Below, piece by piece: positions 9,586-19,778 of a stretch of 64,000 nucleotides of DNA. The first letter of the stretch is position 1. Every line of letters begins with the position of its first letter. Origin of the DNA: Chloroflexota bacterium (GTDB lineage: Bacteria; Chloroflexota; UBA11872; VXOZ01); NCBI GenBank assembly GCA_963663275.1, contig OY760183.1, positions 1,536,001-1,600,000 of the forward strand, written 5' to 3'. A model generated the notes under the pieces. The model made no database searches. It was given only the letters and a program-made list of their open reading frames with translations, and had not been told where the DNA came from. The position numbers and the translations under genes were made by a program.

Positions 9586-10674
9586 CTAGCGAAACTGGGG
9601 CACGTCCAGCCAGACGCCGCCCCGCATGGCGGCGTCGTGGGCCACGATGCCGGGCGCGGTAAACTCCACGGCCCGCACGGCGTCGATGGGCGCTTTCGTA
9701 TTGGTGTCGATTGCGTTTATGAAGTCCTGCACCATGAAGTATTCGGACGTGCCGTGGCCGCCGTGCCGGGCTTCCGGCGGCGCGTTGGGGTCCACCAGCG
9801 GACAGGCAATTTCCTCCGCCCCCGCCTGCTTGGACATGGTGTCCACGTTGAAGTAACGTCCGGTGGAGGCGCTGTTTTCTATGTGGCGGCCGTTCTCGAT
9901 GAAGCCCTTGGCGCCGTACAGCGTGTAGTAGACCGAATGCGGATGCCGGTGCGCCACCTGGCTGCGCAGGATCTTGACCACGTGGCCGCGCGCGGTCTGG
10001 AAGAGCCCCACTTCCATGTCCAGGTGGCCCAAGTCCTCCTCGTCCGGGTGCATGTTGCGGCCGGCGGAAGCGCCGGTAGCTTTCACGATGCGGTCGTCCA
10101 TGAGCGTGAGCACCGGGCCGAGGGTGTGGGCGCAGTACCAGATCGGCGCGCGGGGCAGCCGCCACTTGGGTTTGCCGGTTTCCGGGTCGCGCAGCAGGTC
10201 GGCAATCTCGTGGACGTACTCCGCCTCCGCGTAGAAGAGCGTGCCCAGCGCGCCTTGCCCGATGAGGTCGCGCCACCCGCGGATGTAGTGGAAGTAGCAG
10301 TAGTTCTCCGCCATCATGTAGACCTTGCCGGTGCGCTCCTGGGCGGCGATGACCGCCGCGCACTCGTCCAGGGTGTAGGCCACGGTCTGCTCGCAGAGCA
10401 CGTGCTTGCCGCTCTCCAGGGCGGCGATAGCCTGCGGCGCGTGAAACTCGATCGGCGTGGCGATGACGATGACGTCCAGCGGCGCGTTGACAAAGTCGTC
10501 GAACGCGGTAAAGAGCCGGTTGTCCGGCAGGCTGAAGTCCGCGGCCATCGTGGTCAGCGTGTCTTCATTCAGGTCGCAAAGCGCCGCGACCGCGACGCGG
10601 GGATGCGCCGCCAAGGCGCGCACGAGACCCCCGCCGCGGCGGAGGCCGACGAAGCCGACGTGTAGTTTAGCCAT
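9586..10674 (-). CDS. Gfo/Idh/MocA family oxidoreductase
   Basis: VGFVGLRRG N-terminal Rossmann fold, IATPIEFHA, GKHVLCE, MAENYCY and GHGTSEY motifs. Start at ATG 10674. Confidence 0.9.
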   Translation of the reverse strand: MAKLHVGFVGLRRGGGLVRALAAHPRVAVAALCDLNEDTLTTMAADFSLPDNRLFTAFDDFVNAPLDVIVIATPIEFHAPQAIAALESGKHVLCEQTVAYTLDECAAVIAAQERTGKVYMMAENYCYFHYIRGWRDLIGQGALGTLFYAEAEYVHEIADLLRDPETGKPKWRLPRAPIWYCAHTLGPVLTLMDDRIVKATGASAGRNMHPDEEDLGHLDMEVGLFQTARGHVVKILRSQVAHRHPHSVYYTLYGAKGFIENGRHIENSASTGRYFNVDTMSKQAGAEEIACPLVDPNAPPEARHGGHGTSEYFMVQDFINAIDTNTKAPIDAVRAVEFTAPGIVAHDAAMRGGVWLDVPQFR

Positions 10675-11020
10675 GGTTTGTGCCTTTCTGAAATAACCCA
10701 CGATTGAATGCGATGCGGCCCGCTCGCCGCCGCTTCCGCTTACGGCGTCCTCAGAACGAGAATGGGACAGCTTTTCACGGGGATGGCGGGAGTGTAGTGC
10801 TGCCAAATTGACGAATTGCCGCCGCGATAGGGCGTAACGGCATTCGTTGAGCGAACGGCGCAGGCGCCCGCATAGCGTTGACAGCCACGCCGCGCGCGTG
10901 GGACGATTATAGCCGCACAGGCGTTGCGGTGTGAAGCTTGCGGAGAGACTCCTTGCCTTGACGCTTGGTGTGCAAGCGATCGTGGTGAACGTGTGATTTC
11001 TTCCTGGAAGGACGCTTGGG

Positions 11021-11251
11021 ATGGAAAACTACGAGTTCTGGGTCACAATCGCCACGATTGTGCTGGCCGCGGTTGCAATTATCGGTTTTGTTACCCGCGG
11101 GCAGGAGAGTCTGCGCGTAGAATTCCGCGAAATCAACGCGCGCCTCTCAAGTCTGGAGGCGCGTGTTTCGAGTCTCGAGCAGCGCGTGGCTCGACTGGAA
11201 GGGCTGTTCGAGGAGTTGCGGGACATAGTCCGGCAAAGAAACAGAAAATAA
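11021..11251 (+). CDS. Small hypothetical protein: N-terminal TM helix plus heptad coiled coil ending RVARLEG
   Basis: SD-like AAGGA before ATG, hydrophobic FWVTIATIVLAAVAIIGFV, heptads LSSLEARVSSLEQRVARLEGL. A paralog lies at 42010-42171. Confidence 0.7.
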   Translation: MENYEFWVTIATIVLAAVAIIGFVTRGQESLRVEFREINARLSSLEARVSSLEQRVARLEGLFEELRDIVRQRNRK

Positions 11252-11349
11252 GCATGAGTATCGCGATGGGAGATATGGGAAGTTTGCCGGGATAGTAATC
11301 GCGATGCTCAGAGCGCCCGCTCCAGAGCGCATTTACCGCTTCGATGAGT

Positions 11350-11392
11350 AAGAAGAGGCGCGTCGCCCCAGGCGACGCGCCTCTTCTCTTCG
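11350..11392. terminator. Bidirectional terminator hairpin
   Basis: AGAAGAGGCGCGTCGCC-cca-GGCGACGCGCCTCTTCT between convergent genes. Confidence 0.7.
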
Positions 11393-11411
11393 TCTCTTCG
11401 TTCCGGCACCC

Positions 11412-13733
11412 CTATGCAGAAGGCTCGCCGTTCGACTTTGCCTCCTTCAGTGCCATCACGATGCGCTCCGGCGTGAGCGGCATGTTGTGCAGCGGGATGC
11501 CGAGGGCGTCGCTGATCGCGCTGGTGATGGCCGCGCCCGGGGGCACGATGCTCGGCTCGCCCACGATGCGGGTGCCGTGCCAGCCGTACGGGTTGTACTT
11601 CTCCACGATGACGGCGTCCACGTTGGGCACGTCCGCCGCCGTGGGCAGGCGGTAGTCGAGCAGGCCGGGATTACGCACGCGGCCGTCGTCGTCGTAGACG
11701 ATCTCTTCCAGCAGAGCGTAGCCGACGCCCTGGATGGTGCCGCCCTGGATCTGGCCTTTCACCGAAAGCGGATTGATGGCAAAGCCGGCGTCCTGCACGC
11801 CCACCAGGTTGAGAATGGTCACCAGGCCGGTCTCGGTGTCCACTTCCACGTCGGCGATGGTGCCGGCGAACCCCGGGTTGCCGCGGGCCGGCTTGCCGTG
11901 GCCGGTGCCGGTGATAGGCCCGTTGGCCGAGCCGACGGCCTCATCCGCAATGCGCCGGTACGTGACGTAGCGGTCGGGGTCGCCGTTGGCCCACATCTTG
12001 CCGTCGTCGAACTCGATGTCCTCGGCGTCCGCGCCCAGGCGCTGGGCCGCCACCGCTTTCATCTGCCCCAGCACGTCGTGGGCCGCCGCGGCGGTGGAGA
12101 GGCTCATGGTATAGGTGACCTGGCTGCCGCCGGCCACCGGGCCAAAGGGCGCTTCGTTCGTGTCGCCCTGGTGCACGCTGACGTATTCCAGCGGCACACG
12201 CAACTCCTCAGCCGCGACCTGGGCGATGGAGGTGGTCGAACCGGTGAGGTTGATAGTGCCGACGAGCACGCTGAACGAGCCGTCCGCTTCCAGCTTCATG
12301 GTGGCGGCGGAACCGCCCGCGCCGCCGGACCAGCAGCCGATGGCCATGCCCCGGCCGCGCGGCTTCCCGTTGGCGTCCTGTTCCAGAGGCGTATTCCAGA
12401 CCTCATGGTCTTTGATGGCTTCCAGCACCTCAACCGCGCCCACGTCGGGCAGCGGCTGGCCGTTGGGCCAGCGATCGCCTTCGCCGATGGCGTTGCGCAG
12501 GCGGAACTCCACCGGGTCCATGCCGATGCCCTGGGCAACCCAGTTCATCACGTTTTCCACGGCGTGCGCCGAATTCGGCGCGCCCGGCGCGCGGTACGCG
12601 CCCACGCTCACCTTATTGGTCAGTACCTCCAGGCCTTCCAGTTCCATGTTGGGGAAGACGTAGCAACTGCCCAGGAGCATGGTGGCCGTGGACATGGGCG
12701 AGCCGGGATACGCGCCGGTGTCCATGACCACGCGGCCTTGCAGCGCGGTGATGGCGCCGTCGCGCTTTGCCCCGATCTTCACGTCGATAACCGACTGCGG
12801 GGCCGGATTGGCGGCCACGAGTTCCTCGCTGCGGCTCCACACCACCTTTACCGGGCGGCGCGCCTTCTTGGAGAGGATGGCCGGAATGGGCGCGAGCAGC
12901 GTCATCTTGCCGCCGAAGCCGCCGCCGATGGCGGTGCCCTGCACGATGACCTTGTGGGCCGGCAGCTTGAGCAGGCGCGCCACCGTATCCCGCACGTAGA
13001 ACTGGCCCTGGGACGTGACCCACATGCGCATGTCGCCGGACGGCGAGTAGTCTGCCAGCGCGGCGTGGGGCTCCAGATAGGTTTGGTGGACCATGGCCGC
13101 CGTAAAGCGGCCTTCCCTGATCACATCCGCTTCGGCGAAGCCTTCATCGACGTCGCCGCGCGAGAATTGCACCTGCGAGGAGACGTTGCCGGATTCATCT
13201 AGGTCTTCGGCGGACGAAGCCACGGAAGAGTGGAAGGACATCTCGGTGCGGTCGATTTCGCCGCCGTCGCCGTGGCGAATGGCGGGCGCGTTGGGTTCCA
13301 TAGACTCCAACGGGTCCAGGACGTGGGGCAGAGGTTCGTAATCGACCTCGATGAGTTCCAGCGCCGCTTCCGCGTCCTCCATCGTGACGGCCGCCACCGC
13401 CGCGATCGGCTCGCCCAGGAAGAGGGCAAAGTCCCCGGCGAACACGTTGTGCGGGCGCGAGGTGGGTTCCACCACGTCGTCGTCGAAGTCGGCGGCCGTG
13501 GCCACCGTAACGACGCCTTGGGCCGCCAGCGCCTTGGTATAGTCGATGCTTCTGATGCGGGCGTGGGCGTAGGGGCTGCGCAGTATCGCGCCCCAGAGCA
13601 TGCCGGGCAGCGAGAAGTCCGCGCCAAACTTGGTCGCGCCGGTGACGTTCTCGATGCCGTCGACGCGACTCACCGGTTGGCTGGCGACGCGCAGCGCGGT
13701 CTGCTGCTGGGGACGTTCGACCACTTTTGCCAT
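11412..13733 (-). CDS. Xanthine dehydrogenase-family molybdopterin-binding (large) subunit
   Basis: LRSPYAHARI, HQTYLEPH, GGGFGGK, AYRAPG, GQIQGG, LLDYRLPT and catalytic GEP motifs. Lacks the CODH AYxCSFR motif. Confidence 0.92.
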   Translation of the reverse strand: MAKVVERPQQQTALRVASQPVSRVDGIENVTGATKFGADFSLPGMLWGAILRSPYAHARIRSIDYTKALAAQGVVTVATAADFDDDVVEPTSRPHNVFAGDFALFLGEPIAAVAAVTMEDAEAALELIEVDYEPLPHVLDPLESMEPNAPAIRHGDGGEIDRTEMSFHSSVASSAEDLDESGNVSSQVQFSRGDVDEGFAEADVIREGRFTAAMVHQTYLEPHAALADYSPSGDMRMWVTSQGQFYVRDTVARLLKLPAHKVIVQGTAIGGGFGGKMTLLAPIPAILSKKARRPVKVVWSRSEELVAANPAPQSVIDVKIGAKRDGAITALQGRVVMDTGAYPGSPMSTATMLLGSCYVFPNMELEGLEVLTNKVSVGAYRAPGAPNSAHAVENVMNWVAQGIGMDPVEFRLRNAIGEGDRWPNGQPLPDVGAVEVLEAIKDHEVWNTPLEQDANGKPRGRGMAIGCWSGGAGGSAATMKLEADGSFSVLVGTINLTGSTTSIAQVAAEELRVPLEYVSVHQGDTNEAPFGPVAGGSQVTYTMSLSTAAAAHDVLGQMKAVAAQRLGADAEDIEFDDGKMWANGDPDRYVTYRRIADEAVGSANGPITGTGHGKPARGNPGFAGTIADVEVDTETGLVTILNLVGVQDAGFAINPLSVKGQIQGGTIQGVGYALLEEIVYDDDGRVRNPGLLDYRLPTAADVPNVDAVIVEKYNPYGWHGTRIVGEPSIVPPGAAITSAISDALGIPLHNMPLTPERIVMALKEAKSNGEPSA

Positions 13734-13802
13734 GGTTTCTCCTCCTCGCGTGTGCTTTTGCTTACAGCGTGCGGCAGGCGCCTGGCCGCTAACGGGCCGG
13801 TG

Positions 13803-14327
13803 CTATTCGCCTTCAGGTTCCGGCACGAGTTCCTGCGGTTCCGGGGACACCTCGATGCGTTCTACTCTGCCGTCGATAACGGAGTGCAGGGCGGTCATAA
13901 TGGTTTCGTAGCCGGTGCAGCGGCAGAGGTTGCCGGCAACGCCCATGCGCAGTTCGTCGTCGGTGGGATTGGGGTTGTCGCGCAGGTAGGCGGTTGCCAT
14001 CACCACGAAGCCCGGCGTGCAGATGCCGCACTGGGTCGCGCCTTCACTCACGAAAGCCGACTGGACTTCATTGAGTTTGTCGTCGGTCACCAGGCCCTCG
14101 ACGGTGGTGACCGCCGCGCCCTCGGCTTCCACGGCCAGGGTCAGGCAGGAGTGGTGCGGGTCGCCGTCAATGAGCACGGTGCACGCGCCGCAATCGCCGG
14201 TGCCGCAGCCTTCCTTCGCGCCGGTGAGGCCCAGGTCTTCGCGCACGAAGTCGAGCAGCCGCACCTGCGGCTCCACGACGCGCTTCACCGCTACGCCGTT
14301 TACCGTGAGTTGCAACGGATAGTCCAT
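13803..14327 (-). CDS. (2Fe-2S)-binding small subunit of the Mo hydroxylase
   Basis: GCGTGDCGACTV, QCGICTPG and GNLCRCTGY motifs. An alternative TTG start lies at 14345. Confidence 0.93.
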   Translation of the reverse strand: MDYPLQLTVNGVAVKRVVEPQVRLLDFVREDLGLTGAKEGCGTGDCGACTVLIDGDPHHSCLTLAVEAEGAAVTTVEGLVTDDKLNEVQSAFVSEGATQCGICTPGFVVMATAYLRDNPNPTDDELRMGVAGNLCRCTGYETIMTALHSVIDGRVERIEVSPEPQELVPEPEGE

Positions 14328-14371
14328 CGCTTGTGCTGCCTCCAAGAGTGTGATGCTGCTGTCGGGTGTGG

Positions 14372-15250
14372 TTAGCTTGCCGAGCGGGCGCGCTCGATTG
14401 CCGTGGCCAAGGCGCGCCGGGTGTAGACGTCCACCATCATGCGGCGGTACTCCGCCGAGGCGCGCACGTCCGAAATCGGACGGGAGTCGGCGGCGGCGGC
14501 CTCGCCGGCGTCCGCCAGGGTTTTGTCGTTGACCGGCTGGCCGCGCAGCGCCTGCTCCGCGGTCGTCGCGTGAGGCCAGGTGGGCGCGACCGCGGAGAGC
14601 ACCACGCTGGCGTCCTTGATCGTTTCCAAGTCGTCTTCCAACGTCACCAGGGCCGCGATGCCGACCACGGCGATGTCCATTTCCCGCCGGGGCACGTGGC
14701 GCACGTAGCGCGTGCCGGTGTGGGCGGGCAGCGCCGGCACGGAGAAGGACTGGATCAACTCGCCGGGTTCCAGGGCCAGTTGACCCGGGCCGGTCATGAG
14801 GTCGCCCACCGGGGCCGTGCGCGTCCCTTTCGCGCCCACGATGCGGGCCGATGCGCCGGCGGCGACCAGGGGCGGGGCGGCGTCGGCGCTGGGGGCGGCG
14901 TTGCCCACGTTGCCGCCCAGCGTGCCGCGATTGCGTATCTGTATAGACCCGAGCAGTTCCGCGCCTTCGCTGATGAAGAGGGCGCGCTCCTGTACGAGGG
15001 GGCTGTGGTTCACCTCATGGCCGGACGCCATCGCGCCGATGGTCAGCGAGCCGTCGGCCTCCTGGCTGATGCCCTTCATGTCCGCAAGGTTGCGCAAACT
15101 GACGATGAGGCGCACCCGGCGTCCGCGCTCCCTCATTTGCACGATGAGGTCCGTGCCGCCGGCCAGGGCGCGCGCCTCGTCGCCCCGATCCGCCAGCAGC
15201 GCACAGGCTTCATGGGTTTGCGTTGGCGCAGCATAGTCGAAACGTCTCAC
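14372..15250 (-). CDS. FAD-binding medium subunit of the Mo hydroxylase
   Basis: LAGGTDL, QIRNRGTLGGN, PSAD and DVRASAEYR motifs. Confidence 0.92.
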   Translation of the reverse strand: MRRFDYAAPTQTHEACALLADRGDEARALAGGTDLIVQMRERGRRVRLIVSLRNLADMKGISQEADGSLTIGAMASGHEVNHSPLVQERALFISEGAELLGSIQIRNRGTLGGNVGNAAPSADAAPPLVAAGASARIVGAKGTRTAPVGDLMTGPGQLALEPGELIQSFSVPALPAHTGTRYVRHVPRREMDIAVVGIAALVTLEDDLETIKDASVVLSAVAPTWPHATTAEQALRGQPVNDKTLADAGEAAAADSRPISDVRASAEYRRMMVDVYTRRALATAIERARSAS

Positions 15251-15632
15251 GCGTCCTGTTTCCTCCGGATGCTTTGCGCCGCTCAGCGGCAGTTGATGAT
15301 CGTATTTCCGCGTTCGGCTCAGTTACGTAGATACCATACCATAGCGCGCACATAGCGTAAATGGAGCAGGCGCGCCGCGTCCGGCGATGGTGGCATACAC
15401 GCGGGTTTAGGATTCCCGTTTGTGCGGCTCGCGGCGGGGCGGCGGGCGCCGGCGCGTGAGTGCGGTGAAGCGGCGCTGCGGTACAGGCAGGCCGGCGCCG
15501 CCTGCCGTGCTAGACAATCACGAATAAAGTCTGGTAACGTGGATTATTGGATGAGTAAGTAGGTTGATTGCGGTTCAGAGAAACGAGGACGTTCCTGGAC
15601 CACGAGTTCATGCGCTTTGAGGAGGTCAGAGC

Positions 15633-17096
15633 ATGGCGGCGACGTACATAACTGGTTCGGATTCAGACGCTGCGCCCACGCCTGAGGCAGTAATTGCCTT
15701 TGCGAATGAGCATGGCTGTCAAATGGTCGATCTACGCTTTACCGACCTGCCGGGCACGTGGCAGCACTTTTCCATACCGATGACTCAGCTTGAACCGGAC
15801 GTGTTTGCCGAGGGCCTCGGCTTCGACGGCTCGTCCATTCGCGGGTTCCAGAGCATCGACGAGAGTGACATGCTCGTTATCCCCGACCCCTCCAGCGCCT
15901 TCATCGACCCCAACCTCGAGGTGAAGACCCTGGTGTTGATCTGCAACGTGGTGATCCCCGGGTCGTTGGCGCCGTACAACAAGGACCCGCGCCACGTGGC
16001 GCAGAAGTCCGAGCAGTATCTGAAGGACACGGGCATTGCCGACACGATCAACATCGGGCCCGAGGTCGAGTTCTTCATCTTCAACGACGTGCGCTTCGAC
16101 CAGAACGTGAACAGCGGCTACTACTTCATCGACTCCAGCGAGGGCGTGTGGAACACCGGCAACCTGGACGATGAAGCGCCCAACCTGGGTTTCCGGCCGC
16201 GTCTCAAGGGCGGCTACTATCCGACGCCGCCGGTGGACCAGTTGCAGGACGTGCGCTCCCGGATAACGCTCAAATTGCAGTCGGTCGGCATTGAGGTTGA
16301 GGTGCAGCACCACGAGGTGGCCACCGCCGGCCAGGCCGAGATCGACATGCGCTTCGATACGCTCACGCTCATGGCCGACCACGTCATGAAGTATAAGTAC
16401 GTGGTGCGGCAGACCTGCGTGGAGCACGGACTCACGGCCACGTTCATGCCCAAGCCGCTGTTCCAGGATAACGGTTCCGGCATGCACACCCACCAGAGTC
16501 TGTGGAAAGACGGCACGCCCATCTTCTACGACGCCGACGGCTACGCCTTGCTGAGCGACGAGGCCCGCTGGTACATCGGCGGCCTGCTGGAGCACGCGGC
16601 GGCGGTGCTGGCGTTTGCCGCGCCCACGACGAACTCGTATCGCCGCCTGGTGCCGGGCTACGAGGCGCCGGTCTACCTGGCCTACAGCGAGCGGAACCGC
16701 AGCGCGATGGTGCGTATTCCCACGTATTCCGAGAGCCCGGCCGCGCGCCGCCTGGAGTTCCGGCCGCCGGATCCTTCCTGCAACCCGTACTACGCCTTTG
16801 CGGCCTGCCTGATGGCGGGGCTGGACGGCATCCAGAACAAGATCGAGCCGCCGGAACCGCGCAACGTGGACCTCTATGAGCTTTCGCCTGAGGAGATGGC
16901 CGACATCCAGGCGGTGCCGGGTTCGCTGGGCGAGGCCCTGGACGCGCTGGAGGCCGACCACGAATTCCTGCTGAAGGGCGGCGTGTTTACGCAGGACCTC
17001 ATCGATAGTTGGCTGGAATATAAGCGCGTGGAGGAAGACGATCAGATCAGGTTGCGCCCCCATCCGTACGAGTTCTTCCTCTATTACGACGTGTAA
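15633..17096 (+). CDS. glnA: Glutamine synthetase type I (beta)
   Basis: FDGSSIRGF, HHEVATAGQAEI, TFMPKP, NGSGMH, RRLVPGYEAP and NRSA motifs, plus the DLY adenylylation tyrosine. SD GAGGAGG. Confidence 0.97.
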   Translation: MAATYITGSDSDAAPTPEAVIAFANEHGCQMVDLRFTDLPGTWQHFSIPMTQLEPDVFAEGLGFDGSSIRGFQSIDESDMLVIPDPSSAFIDPNLEVKTLVLICNVVIPGSLAPYNKDPRHVAQKSEQYLKDTGIADTINIGPEVEFFIFNDVRFDQNVNSGYYFIDSSEGVWNTGNLDDEAPNLGFRPRLKGGYYPTPPVDQLQDVRSRITLKLQSVGIEVEVQHHEVATAGQAEIDMRFDTLTLMADHVMKYKYVVRQTCVEHGLTATFMPKPLFQDNGSGMHTHQSLWKDGTPIFYDADGYALLSDEARWYIGGLLEHAAAVLAFAAPTTNSYRRLVPGYEAPVYLAYSERNRSAMVRIPTYSESPAARRLEFRPPDPSCNPYYAFAACLMAGLDGIQNKIEPPEPRNVDLYELSPEEMADIQAVPGSLGEALDALEADHEFLLKGGVFTQDLIDSWLEYKRVEEDDQIRLRPHPYEFFLYYDV

Positions 17097-17150
17097 GCCG
17101 GCGGTCTTCAGACCCGCGAGACGGCAGCGGCCTCCGTCGGCCGCCCATTG

Positions 17151-17437
17151 GCGGGGGGCAAGCCCCCGCGCTACGGCAGCGGTGGGTTGGCGGTTGGCGT
17201 GGTTGGGGTCTGGCGCGACGAGGCGGGGAACAAGCCCCCGCGCTACAAGGTTGGTTACGCAGGTGTAGGGGCACGACATGTCGTGCCCCTACACCGCATG
17301 GCAGAACGTGTAGAGGCATCCTGCTCACACGGCCGGTGGTGCATCCTGCTCCCTCTGGCGGCGAGGCGGCTTGTTCTCTCTGCCGGCGAGGCATTATGCT
17401 CCCTCTCACTGGGGAGAGGGTTGGGGTGAGGGGAGAT
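17151..17437. repeat. Cluster of REP-like palindromes (C x2, D x1, CCCTCTC-GGGAGAGGG x1)
   Basis: Family C copies at 17151-17174 and 17223-17246, family D at 17265-17292, and CCCTCTCACTGGGGAGAGGGTTGGGGTGAGGGG at about 17401-17434. Confidence 0.8.
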
Positions 17438-17467
17438 TTCGCGGCAATTCCCAGCCAGGGCAAGCGT

Positions 17468-17827
17468 ATGCCGACTTACGAATACCAATGCCGTGACTGC
17501 AAGCAGGCGTCATCGCACTTCTTCCGCAGCTTTTCGCAGGTGCGGGCGCCGGTCTGTCCGCATTGCGCCTCCACCGATCTGGAGCGTCTGGTCTCGCGCG
17601 TTGCCGTGCACCGCGGCGGCGTCTCCCCGGAAGACCCTTCCTTCATCGATGACTTCGACGAGAGCGATCCCCGCGCGCTGGGCCGCTTGGCGCGCACAAT
17701 GGGCGAGGAGTCCGGTGAAGAGCTGCCCGGCGAATACGAGGATATGGTGCGGAAATTGGAGTCAGGCAAGATACCCGATGACGACGACTTTGGCGGAGCG
17801 GGCGATGCGAACGAGCCGCCGCTTTGA
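17468..17827 (+). CDS. FmdB-family zinc-ribbon protein
   Basis: MPTYEYQCRDC ... CPHC ... LERLVS, followed by a DESDPRALGR acidic tail. The true start is ATG 17468. Confidence 0.88.
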   Translation: MPTYEYQCRDCKQASSHFFRSFSQVRAPVCPHCASTDLERLVSRVAVHRGGVSPEDPSFIDDFDESDPRALGRLARTMGEESGEELPGEYEDMVRKLESGKIPDDDDFGGAGDANEPPL

Positions 17828-17836
17828 CGAAACACG

Positions 17837-18724
17837 ATGACTGCTGCGAAGTCGAATGCTGAGGCGGCTGCCGCGCCTTATCGCTTGATCGCCTTAGACG
17901 TGGACGGCACGCTGCTGGACTCGCGCGGCGGGGTCACGCCGGGCACGAAAGCGACGCTTCAGGAACTTGCCGGGCGGGGCGTCCACGTGGCGCTGGCAAC
18001 CGGCAGGCGCTATCTCATAGCCAATTTCATTCCGCCATTGCTCGAAATCCCGCTCTACATGATTCTCAGCAACGGCGCGGTGATTCGCGATCACACCGGC
18101 GCGATCGCGTACGAGAGTTACCTGCCGAGCGCGTGGGCGTGGCGCGCGGTGGATGAGGCGCGCCGCCTGGGACTGCAAGCGACCATCTACGAGAACGCTG
18201 CGGCCGGCGACCGCATGTTGTTCGACGGCGACTGGCGCGCGCACAGAAGCCCGCAGGCGCAGATCAAGCGGCGGCCGGAACTGGAAGCGCTGTTCGTCGA
18301 CCTCACGACCGTCACCGACCTGCCGGACCCGGTGGAAATCGTGCTCTGGGGCAGCGACGAGGAGATGCAGAGCCTGGCTGAGGCGCTGCGGGCGACGGGA
18401 CATGACTACACGCTGGTCTTCTGGCGGGGGCGGGAGTCCAGTTCGTTCGTGCGCGACGGGCAGAGCGCGTTGGAAATCCTCGGGCCGAACACCTCGAAAG
18501 CGACGGCCCTCGCGTGGCTCTGCGCGCGCCTGGGCGTGGAACCGGCCGCGGTGGCGGCGTTCGGCGACGACGTGAACGACGTGGAGATGCTGCGCTTCGC
18601 GGGTCTGGGCGTGGCCGTGGGCAACGCGACCCAGGCGGCCCGCGACGCGGCGGATATTTATACGCACAACGATGACGATGAGGGCGTGGCGCGCACCTTG
18701 CGGCGGCTCATGGGGCAGGCCTAG
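17837..18724 (+). CDS. Cof-type HAD-IIB hydrolase
   Basis: LIALDVDGTLL, ATGR, SKA, FGDDVNDVEML and GVAVGNA motifs. Confidence 0.92.
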   Translation: MTAAKSNAEAAAAPYRLIALDVDGTLLDSRGGVTPGTKATLQELAGRGVHVALATGRRYLIANFIPPLLEIPLYMILSNGAVIRDHTGAIAYESYLPSAWAWRAVDEARRLGLQATIYENAAAGDRMLFDGDWRAHRSPQAQIKRRPELEALFVDLTTVTDLPDPVEIVLWGSDEEMQSLAEALRATGHDYTLVFWRGRESSSFVRDGQSALEILGPNTSKATALAWLCARLGVEPAAVAAFGDDVNDVEMLRFAGLGVAVGNATQAARDAADIYTHNDDDEGVARTLRRLMGQA

Positions 18725-18772
18725 AGGCGCTGCGTCTCTATTAGGAAGCGCGAACTGAAGGAGTGCGAGATT

Positions 18773-19768
18773 GTGGAACCGATTCGTGTGGCGCAAATGG
18801 GATTGGGCGCGGTAGGGTGCGGCATCGTCCGGACGGCCTTGGGGCGTTCCCAGTTGCGCGTGGTGGGCGCGGTGGACGTAGATCCGGACAAGGTGGGGCA
18901 AGACCTGGGCGAGGTGCTGGGCGTGGACGCGGCGCTGGGCATTCCGGTGCGGGCGTCGCTGGGAGACGTGCTGGAAGCGCAGCCGGTTGACGTGGTGTTG
19001 CAAGCGACCGGCTCGCACATACCGGACGTGGCGGGCCAACTCACGGACATCGCGGCGGCCGGCTGCCACGTGGTGAGCACCTGCGAGGAGTTGGCCTATC
19101 CCTGGCTGCGCCATCCCACGCTTGCCCAGGAGATCGACGCCGCGGCCCGTGAAAACGGCGTCACCATCCTGGGCACCGGCGTCAACCCCGGTTTCATCAT
19201 GGATACGCTGGTGCTGGTGGCCACGGCGGTGTGCGGCGACGTGCGGCGCATCGTTTCCACGCGGGTCGTGGCCGCGCGGGAGCGGCGCCTGGCGTTGCAG
19301 CAGAAGATCGGCTCCGGCATGGCGGAGGCCGACTTTCGCGCGCTGGCGGCCCGCGGCGAGATCGGCCACGTGGGGCTGCGGGAGTCGTTCTATCTGATCG
19401 CCGCCGGCCTGGGCTGGGAGATGCCGGAGCCGCAAGAGACCATCGACCCGGTGCGCGCGGATGAGCGAATCACTACCGAAGACTTCGACATCGCCGCCGG
19501 GCAGGTGGCCGGCATCCATCAGACGATCCAGGCAAGCAGCGCGGGCCGCGAACTCGTTCTCGATCTCACAATGAGCATGGCGGCGAGTGAAAGCCGGGAC
19601 AGCATTGCCGTCGAGGCCGCGCCGCCGATGCACCTTGAAGTGGTGGGCGGCACGCACGGCGATCAGGCAACGTGGTCCATGGTGGCGAATATGGTACCGC
19701 GCGTAGCGGCCGCGCCGGCCGGCCTGCTGACGATGCTCGACGCGGGCCTGCCCCGCGCCATCGGATAA
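18773..19768 (+). CDS. NAD(P)-dependent amine dehydrogenase (2,4-diaminopentanoate dehydrogenase / DapB-like)
   Basis: GLGAVG Rossmann motif, VVSTCEELAYP, LGTGVNPGF, QQKIGSG, GHVGL and GDQAT motifs. SD AAGGAG before a GTG start. Confidence 0.8.
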   Translation: MEPIRVAQMGLGAVGCGIVRTALGRSQLRVVGAVDVDPDKVGQDLGEVLGVDAALGIPVRASLGDVLEAQPVDVVLQATGSHIPDVAGQLTDIAAAGCHVVSTCEELAYPWLRHPTLAQEIDAAARENGVTILGTGVNPGFIMDTLVLVATAVCGDVRRIVSTRVVAARERRLALQQKIGSGMAEADFRALAARGEIGHVGLRESFYLIAAGLGWEMPEPQETIDPVRADERITTEDFDIAAGQVAGIHQTIQASSAGRELVLDLTMSMAASESRDSIAVEAAPPMHLEVVGGTHGDQATWSMVANMVPRVAAAPAGLLTMLDAGLPRAIG

Positions 19769-19778
19769 GGGATGCGCC

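Noticed and set aside
11412-13733. Aerobic CO dehydrogenase CoxL
   Set aside because: It lacks the AYxCSFR motif and no cox accessory genes are adjacent.
15481-15632. glnA riboswitch or nitrogen-regulator box upstream of glnA
   Set aside because: No convincing match to the glutamine aptamer or to a clear palindromic operator was seen by eye.
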